A stretch of DNA of 64,000 nucleotides, from positions 3,404 through 67,403 of the forward strand of contig CAZZKJ010000005.1 in the NCBI GenBank assembly GCA_964654695.1, read 5' to 3'. Shown piece after piece: positions 28,948-38,559 of the stretch. Made by a program: the position numbers and the translations under genes. Position 1 is the stretch's first letter, and each line of letters starts with the position of its first letter. This DNA comes from an uncultured bacterium. GTDB lineage: Bacteria > Krumholzibacteriota > Krumholzibacteriia > WVZY01. The notes beneath the pieces are model-generated. The model did no database searches. It was given only the letters and a program-made list of their open reading frames with translations, and was not told where the DNA came from.

Positions 28948-29880
28948 ATGAGCATTACCAGAAAGGATTTTATTTCTCTGGCTGATCATGACAGGAATGA
29001 GCTCGAAACGATTATTGAAGTGGCTTTAGAGCAAAAATGCCTTTTCGCCGCCGGGGCTTTGGAGCCTATCCTCACGGGCAAAACGCTTGCCTGCATTTTT
29101 CACAAACCGTCCCTGCGGACCAGGATAAGTTTTGAAACGGCTATGACCCATCTAGGCGGTTCATCCCTGTATATAACCGATAAAGAAGTCGGAGTGGGTT
29201 CCAGGGAAGCGCCCAAGGACGTGGCAAGGGTTCTTTCTCGTTATGTCGACGGAATAATGATAAGAACCTTCGAGCATGAATTGGTGGAAACACTTGCTCA
29301 CTGGGCCGATGTTCCGGTTATCAACGGTTTGACAGACCTCCTGCATCCATGTCAAATTATGGCGGATTTGTTGACGGTGCGGGAGAAACGTGGAAGTCTG
29401 GATAATATGACAGTCGTGTTTGTGGGGGATGGAAACAACGTGGCGCGCAGCTGGATAAACGCGTGCTCAAAATTCAAATTCAAATTAATTCTCGCATGCC
29501 CCGAAGGATTTGGACTGCAAAATAATTTCGTTGAAAGCGCTTTGGGGAAAGACAGGAAGCTCTATAGAGAAATTAATGACCCGGTTGATGCGGTTGTTTC
29601 CGCGGATGTGATTTACACTGATGTATGGGCTTCGATGGGTGAAGAATCTCGAGCTGCAGAGAAGAAAAAGCATTTTGAAACATTTCAATTAAACAAAGAT
29701 CTCTTGAAGAAAGCCCCGGCCGGTGCGCTGGTAATGCACTGCCTGCCGGCCCATCGCGGTGAAGAAATCACCGACGAAGTTATAGAGAGCGATAACAGCG
29801 TTGTTTTCGATCAAGCGGAAAACAGGCTTCATGCTCAAAGATCCCTGCTCGCTTTGCTCATGGCCCCGAAAGGCGGATGA
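28948..29880 (+). CDS. argF: Ornithine carbamoyltransferase (or a closely related carbamoyltransferase)
   Basis: STRTR-type carbamoyl-phosphate motif (PSLRTRISFE) and the HCLP motif (HCLPAHRGEE), which is typical of OTCase rather than ATCase. Confidence 0.8.
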   Translation: MSITRKDFISLADHDRNELETIIEVALEQKCLFAAGALEPILTGKTLACIFHKPSLRTRISFETAMTHLGGSSLYITDKEVGVGSREAPKDVARVLSRYVDGIMIRTFEHELVETLAHWADVPVINGLTDLLHPCQIMADLLTVREKRGSLDNMTVVFVGDGNNVARSWINACSKFKFKLILACPEGFGLQNNFVESALGKDRKLYREINDPVDAVVSADVIYTDVWASMGEESRAAEKKKHFETFQLNKDLLKKAPAGALVMHCLPAHRGEEITDEVIESDNSVVFDQAENRLHAQRSLLALLMAPKGG

Positions 29881-30953
29881 TAATGGGCAGGATTGGAATT
29901 ATTCTTCTGTTCCTGGTATCAATAGTTCTATCATGCGCGGTTCCGGTTCCTCCTTCCGGAGGTCCCGCGGATAAAACTCCGCCGCAAATTATTAGTACGG
30001 TTCCTTCCGAAGGAAGCTCGGGAGTTAACGTCGATTCTCAAATATCTTTCGAATTCAGCGAAAAAATGGCCAAGAATAAGGTCGAACGCCTGTTCGTCTC
30101 TTATCCCCGAATGGAGATTGGCGGCGCTGATTGGAGCGGCAATTCGTTAACCATCAGGCCCGGCGAACTTCTGGTAAGCGACACAACTTATGTAATTTCT
30201 CTCAAGAAAGGATTCAGGGACGCCCACAATGTAAAAAGCGAGAGCAGCTATCGGTTGGCCTTTGCGACTGGAACGCATATCGACAGCGGGTTCATAGAGG
30301 GTATTGTAAAATTCAGGAGACGTCCTTCATCATCGGCCGTTGTCAGGTGCTTTTTGTTGCCCAAAGATAGTTCTTTCGCTCCGGCCAGCGCCAGACCCGA
30401 TCGCGAGGCGGAAACGGATGACAAGGGTGTTTTCAGATTTGTCCGTTTACCAACTAATAATGCATCCTTCATAGTCTGGGGCTTTATGGATGCGAACGGC
30501 AATGCCGATTTTGAAAAAGGCAAGGAATTCGGCAATGTGCATCCGGATACAATCTTGCTGTCTACGAATGCTTATTCTTCTTCAGGATTGGTAATTGACA
30601 TAATAGATCCAACGGAGCCTGGAACCATATCAGGCTCTATCAGGAATGAAACGGGGGGAGATTCGCTTCCAGTCTCAGTGGGGCTTTACAGTTTCAGCGA
30701 TTCCATAGAGGCGGTATCATATTATAATTATTGCGACAAAGCGGGGAGCTTCAAATTTATGCGGATTAAAAGCGGTCAATATAGGCTGAAGGCGTTTATC
30801 GATATTTTGCGTGACAGTATATGCGGTTATTACAAGTGTTTCCAGGACACGTCAAAGATGTGCCGCGAACCCTGCGTTGAATACCCGGATTCTATAAACC
30901 TGGATCCCGGAGGGAATATTTTGTTAAAGACCTTAATTTTGAAAAAAGATTGA
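29877..30953 (+). CDS. Predicted lipoprotein with an N-terminal Ig-like (Big/SbsA-type) domain and carboxypeptidase-regulatory-like beta-sandwich repeats. Function unknown.
   Basis: Signal peptide plus a lipobox-like LSCA. The PPQIISTVPSEGSSGVNVDSQISFEFSEKM block is Ig-like. Overlaps the argF stop by 4 nt (ATGA). Confidence 0.5.
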   Translation: MIMGRIGIILLFLVSIVLSCAVPVPPSGGPADKTPPQIISTVPSEGSSGVNVDSQISFEFSEKMAKNKVERLFVSYPRMEIGGADWSGNSLTIRPGELLVSDTTYVISLKKGFRDAHNVKSESSYRLAFATGTHIDSGFIEGIVKFRRRPSSSAVVRCFLLPKDSSFAPASARPDREAETDDKGVFRFVRLPTNNASFIVWGFMDANGNADFEKGKEFGNVHPDTILLSTNAYSSSGLVIDIIDPTEPGTISGSIRNETGGDSLPVSVGLYSFSDSIEAVSYYNYCDKAGSFKFMRIKSGQYRLKAFIDILRDSICGYYKCFQDTSKMCREPCVEYPDSINLDPGGNILLKTLILKKD

Positions 30954-30962
30954 GGAGTAAGA

Positions 30963-31793
30963 ATGCGGATTGATTTTGTAAAAATGAACGGCGCGGGCAA
31001 TGATTTTATCATGATTGACGATCGTGCGGCTTCGATCGGGTTCGAGAAACAATTGGTCATCGATCTTTGCATGCGAAGGCGTGGAATCGGGGCCGACGGC
31101 TTGATCGTCATAGACAACGCCGAGGGCGCCGATTTTCTTATGCGCTATTATAACAGGAACGGCCTTGAAGCGGAAATGTGCGGCAATGGCGCTCGATGCG
31201 CCGCCTATTTTGCTTCCACTCTGGGAATCGGACGGAAATCAGAGAGCGGGACAGAATTTGCTTTCGAAACAAAAGCGGGAACCGTTTTGGCGCGCGTAAA
31301 TGGATTTGAAGTTTCGGTGGGTATTGGCGATGCAAGAGAACTCTCCCTTAATAACACCATCGAGCTTGCAGACGGCGCCAAATGGAAATCTCACGTCGTT
31401 AACACCGGAGTGCCGCACGCAGTAGTTCCCGTTACCGACGCAGAAGCAATCACTGGAGATAAAATAACGGCCCTGGGCCGAGCCATAAGGAATCACACCA
31501 TGTTCGAGCCCAACGGAACAAATGTCGATTTTGTTTCAATTGGAGGCAAAAACAGATTAATAATAAGAACATACGAGCGCGGCGTAGAGCAGGAAACCCT
31601 GGCATGCGGAACAGGCTCGATAGCAGCAGCGGTCGTCATGGCCGGTTTGGAGAAAGCGATTCCCCCCGTAGAGGTGCTGACCAGGGGTGGAGAGAAACTG
31701 GTGGTCGATTTTGCATTAGAATCGTACGGGGCAAGCGCTGTAACGCTCACTGGGCCGGTGGCCTTGAATTTCGCCGGTACTATTGATTTATAG
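30963..31793 (+). CDS. dapF: Diaminopimelate epimerase
   Basis: MRIDFVKMNGAGNDFIMIDDR plus the active-site Cys motifs MCGNGARC and LACGTGS. Confidence 0.9.
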   Translation: MRIDFVKMNGAGNDFIMIDDRAASIGFEKQLVIDLCMRRRGIGADGLIVIDNAEGADFLMRYYNRNGLEAEMCGNGARCAAYFASTLGIGRKSESGTEFAFETKAGTVLARVNGFEVSVGIGDARELSLNNTIELADGAKWKSHVVNTGVPHAVVPVTDAEAITGDKITALGRAIRNHTMFEPNGTNVDFVSIGGKNRLIIRTYERGVEQETLACGTGSIAAAVVMAGLEKAIPPVEVLTRGGEKLVVDFALESYGASAVTLTGPVALNFAGTIDL

Positions 31794-31810
31794 CAGGAGG
31801 CTGATAATTC

Positions 31811-32710
31811 ATGCAGGTTAATAATCGAATGATCACATTTTCCGGTGCTTTCACCGCCCTTGTAACTCCAATGAGAAACGGGGAAATCGATACCGAGGCC
31901 TTTGAGAATCTATTGGAAAAACAGATCGCGGCAAAAATAGAAGGCGTCGTGGTTTGCGGGTGCACGGGAGAAGCGGCAACTCTATCTGTCAAAGAGCGTT
32001 TTCAACTTATAGAAACCGCCGTCAGAATATCGCGCAAACGAATCAGCGTCATTGCAGGAACGGGAACCAATTCTACTCAAGAAAGTATCGAACTTACCGG
32101 ACAGGCAAAGCAAATAGGCGCCGACGCCGCCATGCTGATTACTCCTTATTACAATAAGCCGACTCAGGAAGGGCTCTACAGGCACTTTATGTCCATAGCG
32201 GACGAAGTCGAAATACCAATGATCCTATATAATGTCCCATCTCGAACCGGCGTATGTCTCGAACCGGCGACCCTGGACAGGCTCTATGTATCACGCTCTT
32301 TCGCAGCCGTCAAGGAGGCCGGCGGCCGCGTTGATATTGTCAGCGATATCATATCAACATGTGATATTACGATACTCTCCGGCGATGATGCTTTGACGCT
32401 GCCAATGATGGCACTGGGTGCAAAAGGAGTGGTGTCGGTGATTTCGAATCTCGTACCCGATAAAATTCGTACTCTTGCAGAAAGCTTGCTGGAGGGAAAT
32501 TTGGGCATGGCCGGGCAAATTCATTATGAACTTTTGCCGCTGGTTAGGGCGGCCTTTATCGAAACCAATCCCGGTCCGATTAAAGCCATGCTGAATCAAA
32601 GAGGATTGATGGAAAACGAGCTTAGACCTCCACTGGCTCCGTTGGGGAAAGTAAGCCTGCAAAAATTGACGGGAGTTGTCGATGAATATTATTCCCATGA
32701 GGGCAGATGA
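31811..32710 (+). CDS. dapA: 4-hydroxy-tetrahydrodipicolinate synthase
   Basis: FTALVTPM...GVVVCGCTGEAATLS and conserved downstream blocks. Confidence 0.9.
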   Translation: MQVNNRMITFSGAFTALVTPMRNGEIDTEAFENLLEKQIAAKIEGVVVCGCTGEAATLSVKERFQLIETAVRISRKRISVIAGTGTNSTQESIELTGQAKQIGADAAMLITPYYNKPTQEGLYRHFMSIADEVEIPMILYNVPSRTGVCLEPATLDRLYVSRSFAAVKEAGGRVDIVSDIISTCDITILSGDDALTLPMMALGAKGVVSVISNLVPDKIRTLAESLLEGNLGMAGQIHYELLPLVRAAFIETNPGPIKAMLNQRGLMENELRPPLAPLGKVSLQKLTGVVDEYYSHEGR

Positions 32711-32714
32711 GAAC

Positions 32715-33524
32715 ATGCAGAAAAAGAACCGCCGGATTGGCTTGATCATATGCGGCGCCCGAGGAAGGATGGGCTCCCTGGTCTTTTCTTTGGCCGCAAG
32801 CGATCCACACTTCATAATCAAGGGATTGGTAGAACGCCCGGATCATTGTGATATCGGAAAGGAGATAATTCTTAACCCGGAAGGGGGAAAAAAGGAATCA
32901 ATAAAGATCAAACGCGATTTCCCAGACAGTATATGCAAGGAAGACATCGTAATTGATTTTTCAACCGGAAAATCTGTTCCCAATATACTGAAGTTGGTTG
33001 AAAAGCACCAAGCCAAATTTCTGTCCGGAACTACAGGAATGAATGGCGGTTGCCTTGAAAATATGCGGCGATATTCCACAAGGAGCGCGGTATTTCATGA
33101 TGCGAATATGAGTTTCGGTATCGCCTTGTTGAGAGACATAATGGAAAGTGCGGGCCCGCTTCTGAGAAACTCTTTCGATATAGAAATAGTTGAGCATCAT
33201 CATCGCTCCAAGGTTGACAAGCCCAGCGGCACGGCGCTTTTGCTCGCTTCCTCCTTGGCAGGGCATGCCGGCAATATGAAAAGCCATGGCGAAGCTGAGG
33301 ATACAAGGAGGCCTCAAATTCACATTCATTCTATAAGAGCCGGAGGCACTGCAGGCGATCACGAAGTAATTTGCTCTGCCGATGCAGAAATAGTAAGTTT
33401 CAAACATAGAGCTCTATCGAGAGAGATCTTTGCGCGCGGGGCGTTGAAGGCCGCCATGTTTTTGGCTCACAAAAAGAAAGGTTTCTTCTCGATGCGGGAT
33501 ATCGTGAAAGATAGAGATGCATAA
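32715..33524 (+). CDS. dapB: 4-hydroxy-tetrahydrodipicolinate reductase
   Basis: RIGLIICGARGRMG NAD(P)-binding motif. EIVEHHHRSKVDKPSGTA catalytic block. Start set to the ATG at 32715, 5 nt after the dapA stop. Confidence 0.85.
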   Translation: MQKKNRRIGLIICGARGRMGSLVFSLAASDPHFIIKGLVERPDHCDIGKEIILNPEGGKKESIKIKRDFPDSICKEDIVIDFSTGKSVPNILKLVEKHQAKFLSGTTGMNGGCLENMRRYSTRSAVFHDANMSFGIALLRDIMESAGPLLRNSFDIEIVEHHHRSKVDKPSGTALLLASSLAGHAGNMKSHGEAEDTRRPQIHIHSIRAGGTAGDHEVICSADAEIVSFKHRALSREIFARGALKAAMFLAHKKKGFFSMRDIVKDRDA

Positions 33525-36315
33525 AATTTCATTCCTCGTAATCGTCCTTCTCCTGTTTATTTTTCCCATTAAAAGCCTTTCCCAGTATCCTTTCGGCAAG
33601 AACAAGGTCCATTACACGAAAAAAGACTGGAAAGTGCTTGAAACCGAGCATGTGGATGTATACCACTACCCCAGTGAAAAGGATCTTATAGTTCTCATGG
33701 CTCCCATGATTGAAGAAACTTATTTGGAATACAGCAGATTATTCAATATTCAATTTCGCGGCCGGATGCCTTTGATTTTTTACAGCTCTCATTACGATTT
33801 TCAACAGACAAATATAATACCGTCTCTGATTTCCGATTTTACCGCCGGATTTACCGATCTGATCAAGGGAAGAATAGCCATTCCTTTTTCAGGCTCAATC
33901 GGAAGCCTCAGGCATGTTGTTAAGCATGAAATGGTTCATGCTTTCATGATTGAAAAACTTCATCAGGTGATGAACAAAAGAGGAAAATTCACTTATGCCC
34001 AACCTCCTCTGTGGTTGATTGAAGGGATGGCGGAATACATCGCCGATCCGAACTCCGACAGCAAGAGCTCAATGTTCGTTCGTGATGCCCTGCTCAATGA
34101 CAAGCTTCCTACATTGGAGAACATCTGGCGAATTGAGGGATCGTTCATGATGTACAAAGAAGGCGAGGCTGTCGTTCGATTCATCTCTAATAATTTCGGC
34201 GATGAAGCGATTATAAAAATAATGGATAACTGGTGGAGAAGCGATAATTTGAATGTGATACTCAAATCAACGATAAATATGAACCTGACGGAACTGAACG
34301 ACGCGTTCATGAAGAGTATCAAAAGAAGATATTACCCTGCGGTTCTGTCCGCCGGATTCGTTCAGGACGAAGGGAAGCAGCTTACGAAACCCCGCTCCTT
34401 TCATTCCCGTCCGGTCGTACTTGAAGCGGGTGACGGACGCATCGTGGTTAGCGCTCTCAGAGCCGAGAGCGGGGTGATAAACATTTCCAGGATTACGTTT
34501 GATGAAAACGGCCTGGTTTCGGAGAAAACGATAATAGAAGGCGGGCGCTCATCGGCCTTCGAATCAATACCCGCGCTTCGAAGCAAAATGGATGTCAAGG
34601 GCGACACACTTCTATTCGTTTCGAAAAAACAGGCTTCGGATGCAGTTTATTTATGGAACTGGAGACAAAATAAACGTTTAACAAGTTATTCTTTCGATAA
34701 CCTGAGTGTAATCTCTTCGCCCACATTATCGCCGGAAGGTAATAGAATTGTTTTCAGCGCCATAGATACAACAGGCTTGATGGACATATATCTTTATGAT
34801 ATTTCGCAAAACAAGCTCCAACGTCTCACCGATGACCCGTATAGTGAGGATAATCCCGATTTTCATCCCACGAGAAATATTATCCTCTTCAGCTCCGACA
34901 GGTGCCGTCCCGGGGTTAGGAACGCCGGAGGATTGTTTTTGATGAATCTGGATACGCGAGATATAACCCCGCTCAGTTCCTGCAATTCAAATTATGCCGA
35001 TCCCGTCTGGTCACCCGACGGCAAAAGCATTTTGTTCAGTTCCGACTCAGATGGAATTTTCAATATTTATCAGTACCGAGACGGTTCGGAAACCCGTCAA
35101 ACGAACGTCCTTGGAGGTGCGACCTCGCCATCATTTCTGCCGGATGGATCCGGTTTTGTAGCATCGTGTTATACGAATGCGGAGTTCCATATATTTTACT
35201 TTCCCTTTATACGGGAGGGAAGGCAGCGCAAACTCATCGCCGCAAAAACCGATTCTATCCCGAACAGTTGGCTAGATGAATACAAAAATGAATTCAATTA
35301 TGAAAGCCGCGATTACAAGATGAAGCTCGGATTGGACCTGCTGGGCACAGGCATAGCAGTTGATCCCGATTTCGGCGATATAGGAAACGGAGCGGAAATG
35401 GTTTTTACCGATCTTATGGGGAATCACCAGTTTTACGCCTTCATCGGCAATAGCTCCCAGGGACTGGATGATTTCTGGAAGAGTGTCAATATCGGAATCA
35501 CGTACGTCAATTTGAGCCGCAGGTTGAACTTTATGCTGGGAGCTTTTCATCTTACGTCTTTTTGGGGAGATTATTTTTCGCTTTTTCGATCGGAAAGAAG
35601 ATATGGGGGTGTAGTAGGGGCAAGCTATCCGTTCAGCAAATTTTCACGAGCGGAAGGAACCTTGGTCGTGCGCGCCGTCGAGAGGGAAACGGATTTCGGC
35701 GATATTTTTACGGAAAGCCAAAGCAGTGTTCTGGCGACGTCTTTTTTGACCTATGTTGCCGATAATACGCTGTGGACCATAGGGGGCCCCCTGACAGGAA
35801 CCAGGTACTACGTAACATCCGGGAACACGGCGGACCTGCTGGGCAGGGGTTTTGAGAGCACTACGCTTCATCTTGATTTAAGGAAATACTTTAAGTTATC
35901 GCAGCGCGTGCTGCTCGCTGAGAGATTTATAAACCGCAATAGCTGGGGAAGCGATCTTCAGCTTTTTTATCTCGGAGGCGATTGGAGCCTGCGGGGATAT
36001 GATTTCAGGGAGTTCGTAGGCAGAAGCATATATCTCGTCAACAGCGAACTGAGATTCCCTCTTATAGATCATTTCAGCTTGTCGTTTCCATTCGGGACGA
36101 TTGAAATGCCATCCTTCCGGGGCGCGGTTTTCTTCGATGCCGGCAAAGCCGATCGTTTCATTGCCGATACCGGTTGGCTGGGAGCGGTCGGCGTCGGAGT
36201 TGAGCTCAACTTGGGATTTGCCCCGGTGATTCGAGTTAACTTTACACGCGTTACGGATTTCGATAATATTTCCAATGATACGAAATTCGGGTTGTTCATA
36301 GGATACAATTACTGA
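33517..36315 (+). CDS. Outer-membrane fusion protein: signal peptide, HExxH zincin-like metallopeptidase domain, PD40/TolB-like beta-propeller, and a C-terminal Omp85 (BamA/TamA-family) beta-barrel
   Basis: Signal peptide MHKISFLVIVLLLFIFPIKSLS. HEMVH at nt 33925-33939 followed by EGMAEY (a gluzincin-like third ligand). PD40-type repeats (FHPTRNIILFSSDR; PVWSPDGKSILFSSDSDG). C-terminal barrel with an LGGDWSLRGYDF (VRGF/Y-like) motif, ending ...GLFIGYNY. Overlaps the dapB stop by 8 nt. Confidence 0.7.
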   Translation: MHKISFLVIVLLLFIFPIKSLSQYPFGKNKVHYTKKDWKVLETEHVDVYHYPSEKDLIVLMAPMIEETYLEYSRLFNIQFRGRMPLIFYSSHYDFQQTNIIPSLISDFTAGFTDLIKGRIAIPFSGSIGSLRHVVKHEMVHAFMIEKLHQVMNKRGKFTYAQPPLWLIEGMAEYIADPNSDSKSSMFVRDALLNDKLPTLENIWRIEGSFMMYKEGEAVVRFISNNFGDEAIIKIMDNWWRSDNLNVILKSTINMNLTELNDAFMKSIKRRYYPAVLSAGFVQDEGKQLTKPRSFHSRPVVLEAGDGRIVVSALRAESGVINISRITFDENGLVSEKTIIEGGRSSAFESIPALRSKMDVKGDTLLFVSKKQASDAVYLWNWRQNKRLTSYSFDNLSVISSPTLSPEGNRIVFSAIDTTGLMDIYLYDISQNKLQRLTDDPYSEDNPDFHPTRNIILFSSDRCRPGVRNAGGLFLMNLDTRDITPLSSCNSNYADPVWSPDGKSILFSSDSDGIFNIYQYRDGSETRQTNVLGGATSPSFLPDGSGFVASCYTNAEFHIFYFPFIREGRQRKLIAAKTDSIPNSWLDEYKNEFNYESRDYKMKLGLDLLGTGIAVDPDFGDIGNGAEMVFTDLMGNHQFYAFIGNSSQGLDDFWKSVNIGITYVNLSRRLNFMLGAFHLTSFWGDYFSLFRSERRYGGVVGASYPFSKFSRAEGTLVVRAVERETDFGDIFTESQSSVLATSFLTYVADNTLWTIGGPLTGTRYYVTSGNTADLLGRGFESTTLHLDLRKYFKLSQRVLLAERFINRNSWGSDLQLFYLGGDWSLRGYDFREFVGRSIYLVNSELRFPLIDHFSLSFPFGTIEMPSFRGAVFFDAGKADRFIADTGWLGAVGVGVELNLGFAPVIRVNFTRVTDFDNISNDTKFGLFIGYNY

Positions 36316-36339
36316 TCTATTCAAGAGAGGAATAACCAT

Positions 36340-38052
36340 ATGCGGTGGTCCAGGTATTACCTGCCTACATACAAAGAAACGCCCAGCGACGCAGAGATTC
36401 CCAGCCACAAACTTATGCTCAGGGCGGGAATGATAAAAAATCTCACATCAGGCGTCTATACGTTTTTGCCCATGGGATTGCGGGTATTGAGAAAAATCGA
36501 AGACATAACGCGTGAAGAGATGGACGCTATCGGCTGTCAGGAAGTTTTAATGCCCGTACTACATCCAAGCGAGTTATATGAAGAAAGCGGCCGTTTCAAG
36601 CATTTCGGCCCCGAGCTGTTCAAACTGTATGACAGGAAGAAAAGACTGTTCGCCCTCGGCCCCACTCACGAGGAAGTAGTAACCGATCTGGCCAGGGTTG
36701 AAATAAACAGTTATAAGCAGCTTCCGCAGTGCCTCTATCAGATATTAACAAAATTCCGCGATGAAATCAGGCCGCGTTTTGGTGTTATGCGGGCACGGGA
36801 ATTCATTATGAAGGACGCCTATAGTTTTCATGCGACCAGTGATTCCCTAGATGAAATGTACGAAAAAATGGCCGGGGCATATAAGCGCATACTCGACCGC
36901 TGCGGATTAGAAAATGTCATGGTCGAAGCCGATGCCGGCAAGATAGGCGGAGATGTAAACCACGAATTCGTCGTAATTGCCGATAAAGGTGAAAGTGAAA
37001 TTCTCAGATGTGAATGCGGTTATACGGCTAATTCCGAGAGAGCAGAGAGCCTGGGCAAAAAAATCGAACAGAAGGAAATACCCCTCGATAAACCGGAAAT
37101 GGTCGATACTCCCGGAAAGAAAACCGTTGAAGAGGTTTGCACGTTTCTCAACTGCAGCCCATCGCAACTGGTCAAAACGCTTCTGTTTAAGAGCGCAGAC
37201 CGTATCCTTGCCGTACTGGTTCCCGGCGACAGGACGCTAAACGAGAATAAGCTGATAAAATTGCTCGGCGATCCGTATATAGAACCACTCGATGAAGCCG
37301 GCGTAGAGGAAACAACGAAAGCCGAGGTTGGATTTGCCGGCCCCGTCGGATTGGACCCCAGCGTAAAGATTATCGCGGATCAGCTGCTCGAAAAATTCGA
37401 GGGAATGATTGTCGGTGCGAATGCAACCGATGCTCACATGCGCGGTGTGAAAATGGGACGCGATTTCAAGCCTGAATTAACTGCGGACATAAGCGCGGCC
37501 GAACCGGGGGATACGTGCAGGAAATGCCGGAAAGGAAAACTCCTTCTGCAGCGCGGCGTTGAACTCGGTCATATATTCAAACTGGACAAAAAATACAGCG
37601 AAAGCATGAACGCAACTTATCTCGATGACAAAAGCAGAGAGAATTTCTTCATAATGGGGTGCTATGGATTCGGAATCTCGCGAGCAGTGGCCGCTGCAAT
37701 AGAACAGCACTATGACGATAAAGGGATAATTTGGCCTCCGGCTATCAGCCCTTTTCACGTCGTGATAACTCCTCTCAATATGAACGACGCACGCATAATC
37801 GAATTTGCGGAATCAATAAACGATACTATGGTACGATCGGGCATTGAAACCCTTTTCGACGACCGCGACCTCCGGCCCGGGCGCAAGTTCAAGGACGCGG
37901 ATCTCCTGGGAATTCCTTTGAGGATAACAATCGGCCGGAAAAGCCTCGAGGAAAACAAAGTCGAACTTTATTACAGGGCGGAGGACAGAACTACCATGCT
38001 GGCAAGGGCCGATATAGGAAATGCGGTCAATGATTTTTATGGAACCGCCTAA
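36340..38052 (+). CDS. proS: Prolyl-tRNA synthetase, bacterial type with editing (INS) domain
   Basis: MRWSRYYLPTYKETPSDAEIPSHKLMLRAGMIKNLTSGVYTFLPMGLRVLRKIE. Class II motifs and a C-terminal anticodon-binding domain. Confidence 0.95.
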   Translation: MRWSRYYLPTYKETPSDAEIPSHKLMLRAGMIKNLTSGVYTFLPMGLRVLRKIEDITREEMDAIGCQEVLMPVLHPSELYEESGRFKHFGPELFKLYDRKKRLFALGPTHEEVVTDLARVEINSYKQLPQCLYQILTKFRDEIRPRFGVMRAREFIMKDAYSFHATSDSLDEMYEKMAGAYKRILDRCGLENVMVEADAGKIGGDVNHEFVVIADKGESEILRCECGYTANSERAESLGKKIEQKEIPLDKPEMVDTPGKKTVEEVCTFLNCSPSQLVKTLLFKSADRILAVLVPGDRTLNENKLIKLLGDPYIEPLDEAGVEETTKAEVGFAGPVGLDPSVKIIADQLLEKFEGMIVGANATDAHMRGVKMGRDFKPELTADISAAEPGDTCRKCRKGKLLLQRGVELGHIFKLDKKYSESMNATYLDDKSRENFFIMGCYGFGISRAVAAAIEQHYDDKGIIWPPAISPFHVVITPLNMNDARIIEFAESINDTMVRSGIETLFDDRDLRPGRKFKDADLLGIPLRITIGRKSLEENKVELYYRAEDRTTMLARADIGNAVNDFYGTA

Positions 38053-38094
38053 AACTCGCAAGGCTGCATTTTGTGGTGCGGCGCTCCCTATGTA

Positions 38095-38130
38095 AAAAAG
38101 CCCGTTCCTTTCATTAGGAATGGGCTTTTA
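38095..38130. terminator. Bidirectional rho-independent terminator between the convergent proS and rpsT
   Basis: AAAAAG-CCCGTTCC-tttcatta-GGAATGGG-CTTTTA: a 9-bp stem with one G.U pair, flanked by an A-run and a T-run so that it reads as a terminator on both strands. Confidence 0.5.
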
Positions 38131-38147
38131 TAAAAACTTTTGCCAAT

Positions 38148-38381
38148 TCAAGGCGTCAGGCGCGACTTAAGCCTTCCGGCTTTCCGCTTGTGGATAATTC
38201 CTTTCTTCGCCGCTTTGTCGAGAAAGGATTGAAGGGAAGCAACTCCTTCTTTCCTCTCTTCGGTCGGCATGCTCAAATACCTGCGAAGAGAAGTTTTCAG
38301 TGAACTCTTGGCTGAACGGTTCCGCTCCTGGCGCTTCAAATTGGTTTTAACGCGTTTCTTGGCCGATTTGTGCTGCGGCAT
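38148..38381 (-). CDS. rpsT: 30S ribosomal protein S20
   Basis: MPQHKSAKKRVKTNLKRQERNRS...KKGIIHKRKAGRLKSRL. Typical S20 length and motifs. AGGAGG RBS. Confidence 0.85.
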   Translation of the reverse strand: MPQHKSAKKRVKTNLKRQERNRSAKSSLKTSLRRYLSMPTEERKEGVASLQSFLDKAAKKGIIHKRKAGRLKSRLTP

Positions 38382-38410
38382 TCAGTATCCTCCTTGGATC
38401 ATTTCCCATC

Positions 38411-38440
38411 AAGATATCATCTCCAGAATGCCCTGTCAAG
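38411..38440 (-). promoter_or_regulatory. Putative sigma70-type promoter for rpsT
   Basis: On the minus strand, TTGACA (38440-38435), an 18-nt spacer, then TATCTT (38416-38411). The predicted TSS is about 23 nt upstream of the rpsT ATG. Confidence 0.3.
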
Positions 38441-38559
38441 CCGATAGTTATGTATGGATTAGTGAATTTGGGAACATTTCCTTGAAAGGATGGCTTGATC
38501 GCTATATCGTTTGAAGGGGAACCGTTTTCCTGTTGATAAGACGTGGATCGGCAATCATT

